Positions 60,520-64,000 of a stretch of 64,000 nt of DNA are shown one piece after another (the first letter of the stretch is position 1; each line of letters begins with the position of its first letter). The position numbers were made by a program, and so were the translations under genes. The notes beneath the pieces are model-generated. The model saw only the letters and a program-made list of their open reading frames with translations. It searched no databases and was not told the DNA's origin. The stretch is from assembly GCA_976226885.1 (NCBI GenBank), contig OZ320321.1:73842001-73906000 (forward strand), given 5' to 3'. The DNA comes from Iphione sp. A-MEVVRFRX5 (taxonomy: Eukaryota).

Positions 60520-61600
60520 TTGATTGTGTAGGTGAATACTAAAAATACCTCCATTTTTCTTGGCCTGTTTCATTGTTGTCGAACCGGTTTGTCTGCTGTT
60601 GATCTTCAGGCGGCGGTGGTGGATGGCCACTGGTGGTGGCTGGCCACTTTCAGCTGGCGGGGTACCAATGTGGTGGTATATGTGCGATGGTGCCTGTTCG
60701 CGAAGAGGAAGCCTTCTGATCACAAGCAGCGGGGAATGAGTGGGGTGGGATGTGTCTGTTCCTCCCTGTGTGGGTGTCATTCCTAAGATGTCTTTTGATT
60801 GTGTAGGTGAATACTAAAAATACCTCCATTTTTCTTGGCCTGTTTCATTGTTGTTGAACGTGTTTGTCTCCTGTTGATCTGTGGTGGATGGCCACTGGTG
60901 GTGGCTTTAGGTGGCAGTGGTGGATGGCCACTGGTGGTGGCTTCAGGCGGTGGGGTACCAGTGCGATGGTGCCTGACAAGCAAGTAACTTTTATATAGGT
61001 GACATGCTGGCTGATAGTTTGTAAAGAGCTGTGCTTTTTCGTTTTAGTATATAGTGGGTAGTCTGTAGAGCTGTGCTCTTTCATTTTAGTATAAAGTGGG
61101 TTACTTACCTGTTCATGGAGAGTAAGCCATCTGATCACAAGCAGTGGGGAACTAGTGGGGTGGGATGTGTGTGCCTGTGGCTGTTCCTCCCTGTGTGGGT
61201 GTTATTCCTAAGATAACACTACAGCGTATGTCTTTTGATTGTGTAGGGGAATACTAAAAATACCTCCATTTTTCTTGGCCTGTTTCATTGTTGTTGAACG
61301 GGTTTGTCTGCTGTTGATCTTCAGGCGGCGGTGCTGGATGGCCACTGGTGGTGGCTTCAGGTCGTGGTGCTGGATGGCCACTGGTGGTGGCTTCAGGCGG
61401 CATCAGTGGTCAATGGCAACTGGCGGTGGCTTTAGGTACCATCGGTGGTGGATGGCCACTGGTGGATGGCCACTGGTGGTGGTGGTGGATGGCCACTGGT
61501 GGTGGCTTCAGGCGGCGGGGTACCAGTGGGGTTTGAGTGCGATGGCGCATCTCTTGTTGGATCAGGTGCCTGACAACCAAGTAACTTTACATAGGTGACA
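60520..61600 (-). repeat. Tandem two-exon-like modules (Pro/Thr/His-rich) with 136-nt and ~56-nt GT-AG intervals
   Basis: GAACAG|GTAAGT ... TTGTCAG|GCACC and TGGAG|GTATTT ... TCTTAG|GAAT repeat in tandem. Confidence 0.65.
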
Positions 61601-61949
61601 CGCTAGCTGATACAATGTCTGTCTGACTCATGGCTGTTGATGTTTGCTGACCATGTGGTAGGTCGTGTGTAGAGGTCTCTGCATCCAACTTGGCCCTAAC
61701 AACCTGAGAGGAGGCAACCTGAAACTCATTGCCTTCAGAATGAACGATGCGGTGCAACTCACAACGCTCCAGCATTGGCCGCCAGTGACTGTCTTGAATG
61801 CACACCGTGAAAAGCTGCTACATGGGGCCAACATCGGGGGTGTTCCCGCCTTTCGTATGGAACCATCTTCATGATGGCCTTGCTCTCCCAGCAGTACATG
61901 GGCAATGGCCCGATGCCACATGACCCGAGTCACTGCCCATGTATGTTTG

Positions 61950-63150
61950 CCTTGGTACTCCCAAATATTTAAAGGTATTAACCCACTCTAATTCACTATT
62001 ACCAACATTTTATTCTATAATTTTCTCTAGTTTTCTTCAGGCCAAATTTCATTAACTTAGTTTTCCCTTTGTATATACCAAGATCCTGTTATTTACCGAC
62101 CATTTATGCAAGCAATCTAAATCAGCTTGCATATTTTCCATCAATGTCTTTGTGGTCTGACCTGTCGCAATTATAACTATATACAGTGTTTTTCTGTGCT
62201 ATTTGTCATCTTCGTCCGAGTCCGGTTGATCGTGTCATGGCGTTGTCTTGGGTTGGGTCAATTTGTAATTTTTTCTGCAAACGCTCCAAAGGACTAACCT
62301 CTTTTCTCTTAGGTTTCCTGTCCGATGTCTGGTGTTTTGTTTGAACGAGAACCTATTTTTGCCAACATAAGCTGACAGAATAGGCTAGGTACTCCGACTT
62401 CTTTTATATTTTCCTATTTCATCGGGTATCATGTTATGCGCTATACTTTTATTACCAACGCTTTAGGTTCGCTATTTGGTGCTCCTTTCTCCCGGTCCCC
62501 ATTAATTGCTGTTCATATCTCCAAAATTCTTTACCATCCTTTTCGTACGTCCTCAATATACTAGTTGCTTTTCTTCTTTTATAATATTGTAGTGCTTTCC
62601 TATACTGCTTTTTTGCCAGTTATAATTGTTGGCACATGTCGTTTGATTTTTGATCTTCGTGATTCTTTGTTGCCCTGAGAACATTGGCTTCCCCCCCCCC
62701 CCCGCTTACTCTATGAGTATCTACACAGGCAGTTTGTTTCCTATTACAGCAATGGACACATGTCATTTATTGCACTCATCAGTTGGTTATGTAAGATCTC
62801 TCAGCCCGATCTCTATATTCTCCCCCCCCTTTCTACTATATCTACCTCAATCTGGGGGTCTATAGACTCCCATTATCGTCAGACTGGCCCTTTTCATTGG
62901 TATCTTTATCATAGTTCTCTACATGGGGGTGGGTATTTTTTTCTGATTCTATCCTAATGTTTTGTTTCAGATATACCATGATCCCTCCTCCTTTCTTCTC
63001 AACTAGTCGGTCATTTTGTATTCCTCCGTACCTAATCTATTCCAGTGTAAACACTTATTAGGTTCCTTATTGGCGCCTTCTTGTTAAGAAGCCTTCATAT
63101 ATTTTGGCATATATTGATCATCCCGAAGCATGTAGACACCATACCCTTCA
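61950..63150 (-). mobile_element. Degraded, internally deleted LINE ORF2 (APE and RT fragments)
   Basis: KKGGGIMVYL, MGVYRPPD, MQADLDCLHKWS, KTKLMKF..NTFKYLGV. Confidence 0.75.
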
Positions 63151-63379
63151 GTGCAGGATCGGACACATAGTGAAAGTCGTAGGGGCCTACTTTGTTACAG
63201 CCTCCTGGGTAAAATGATGCATACATGATAATATAAAAAAGTTGACAATATTCATATTGGCATGGCAACACGTTTTCGAAACAGTGTTAAAGTCTGATAC
63301 TCTTACATTATCAGCATTCAAACTTAAGTATCTATATATGTAGACTAATTGGAACCGTCCACCCGCTCCTACTATAGCC

Positions 63380-63930
63380 TACAAGACCCCCTTCTGATTC
63401 ATAACGAGTAGTTTCCGTCAGGCTACATTCCAGGTAGGAACCATGGACTGGAGTCGTATTAGAACAAGAACCGTCTTGCTCGTTTGATGTTCATGCTTGA
63501 ATGGTACGGTATTTAGCAACATGCATAGACCCCGGATTACGTCAGATTAGGTAGTGATTCAGTGGGCTTGAGCATGTCACTTTATCCTTGTACCCAGTCA
63601 AATAAATCCCTCAAGCAGATACACTAGCTCATGTGGCGTGGGTGTACAATCAACCACGGGCAGCCAGACCAGCTTCTCCATATTGAGGCTGCTTCGAGGC
63701 AAGGCTTCACGTTCTTTAGAGGCCGAAGAGGAACGGGCCCTGACTGACGCCTACCGAGTGGTAATTAAACAAGATCCTGAGGTGATGCAGGCTTTTCAGG
63801 ATACTGCTATGAAGGAGATCGTCTATGCATCGCGAGATCCTTTTGGGGGACCTGTCACCTCTGAAGTATTGGGGGGCCTGGTTGGGTCCGATACCCCCCA
63901 GAAAACCTCCTGGGTCCGGGCCTGGAATAT
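63380..63930 (+). pseudogene. Element E: ORF1 CTD + NADAR remnant on the opposite strand
   Basis: IHNE.FP..ARL..LNGTVF (CTD-like), SLYPC, QDPEVMQAFQDTAMKEIVYASRDPF and, after a frameshift, YPPENLLG..LE. Confidence 0.6.
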
Positions 63931-64000
63931 GAACCCCTTTATTCATCAAAGTGTAGCATAGCCAGTACATGAGAGCAATAGTAGCACGTATAACGAGTAG

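Overview
Repeat-dense animal (probably invertebrate) genomic DNA, CpG-depleted except near 8.3-9.7 kb. No intact host protein-coding gene was identified. The main signal is five divergent, decayed retroelement copies (A 22300-30738, B 48451-53285, C 53476-60519 and D ~15100-16420 on the minus strand; E ~63380-63930 on the plus strand) whose ORF1 ends in a NADAR (YbiA/RibX-like) domain. In A-D this is followed by a separate SGNH-esterase-like ORF. In A-C a 0.7-1.7 kb spacer and a CR1/L2-group APE-RT ORF2 follow. A and C are full length with defined ends and 4-bp target duplications. A short GT-AG interval overlapping the ORF1 stop codon could fuse NADAR to the SGNH ORF. The LINEs sit in a locally multiplied array of phase-compatible exon-like modules of an unrecognised low-complexity gene. 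The window also holds Crypton and Penelope remnants, MITEs and several minisatellites. All domain calls are by eye from translated motifs; no database search was run.
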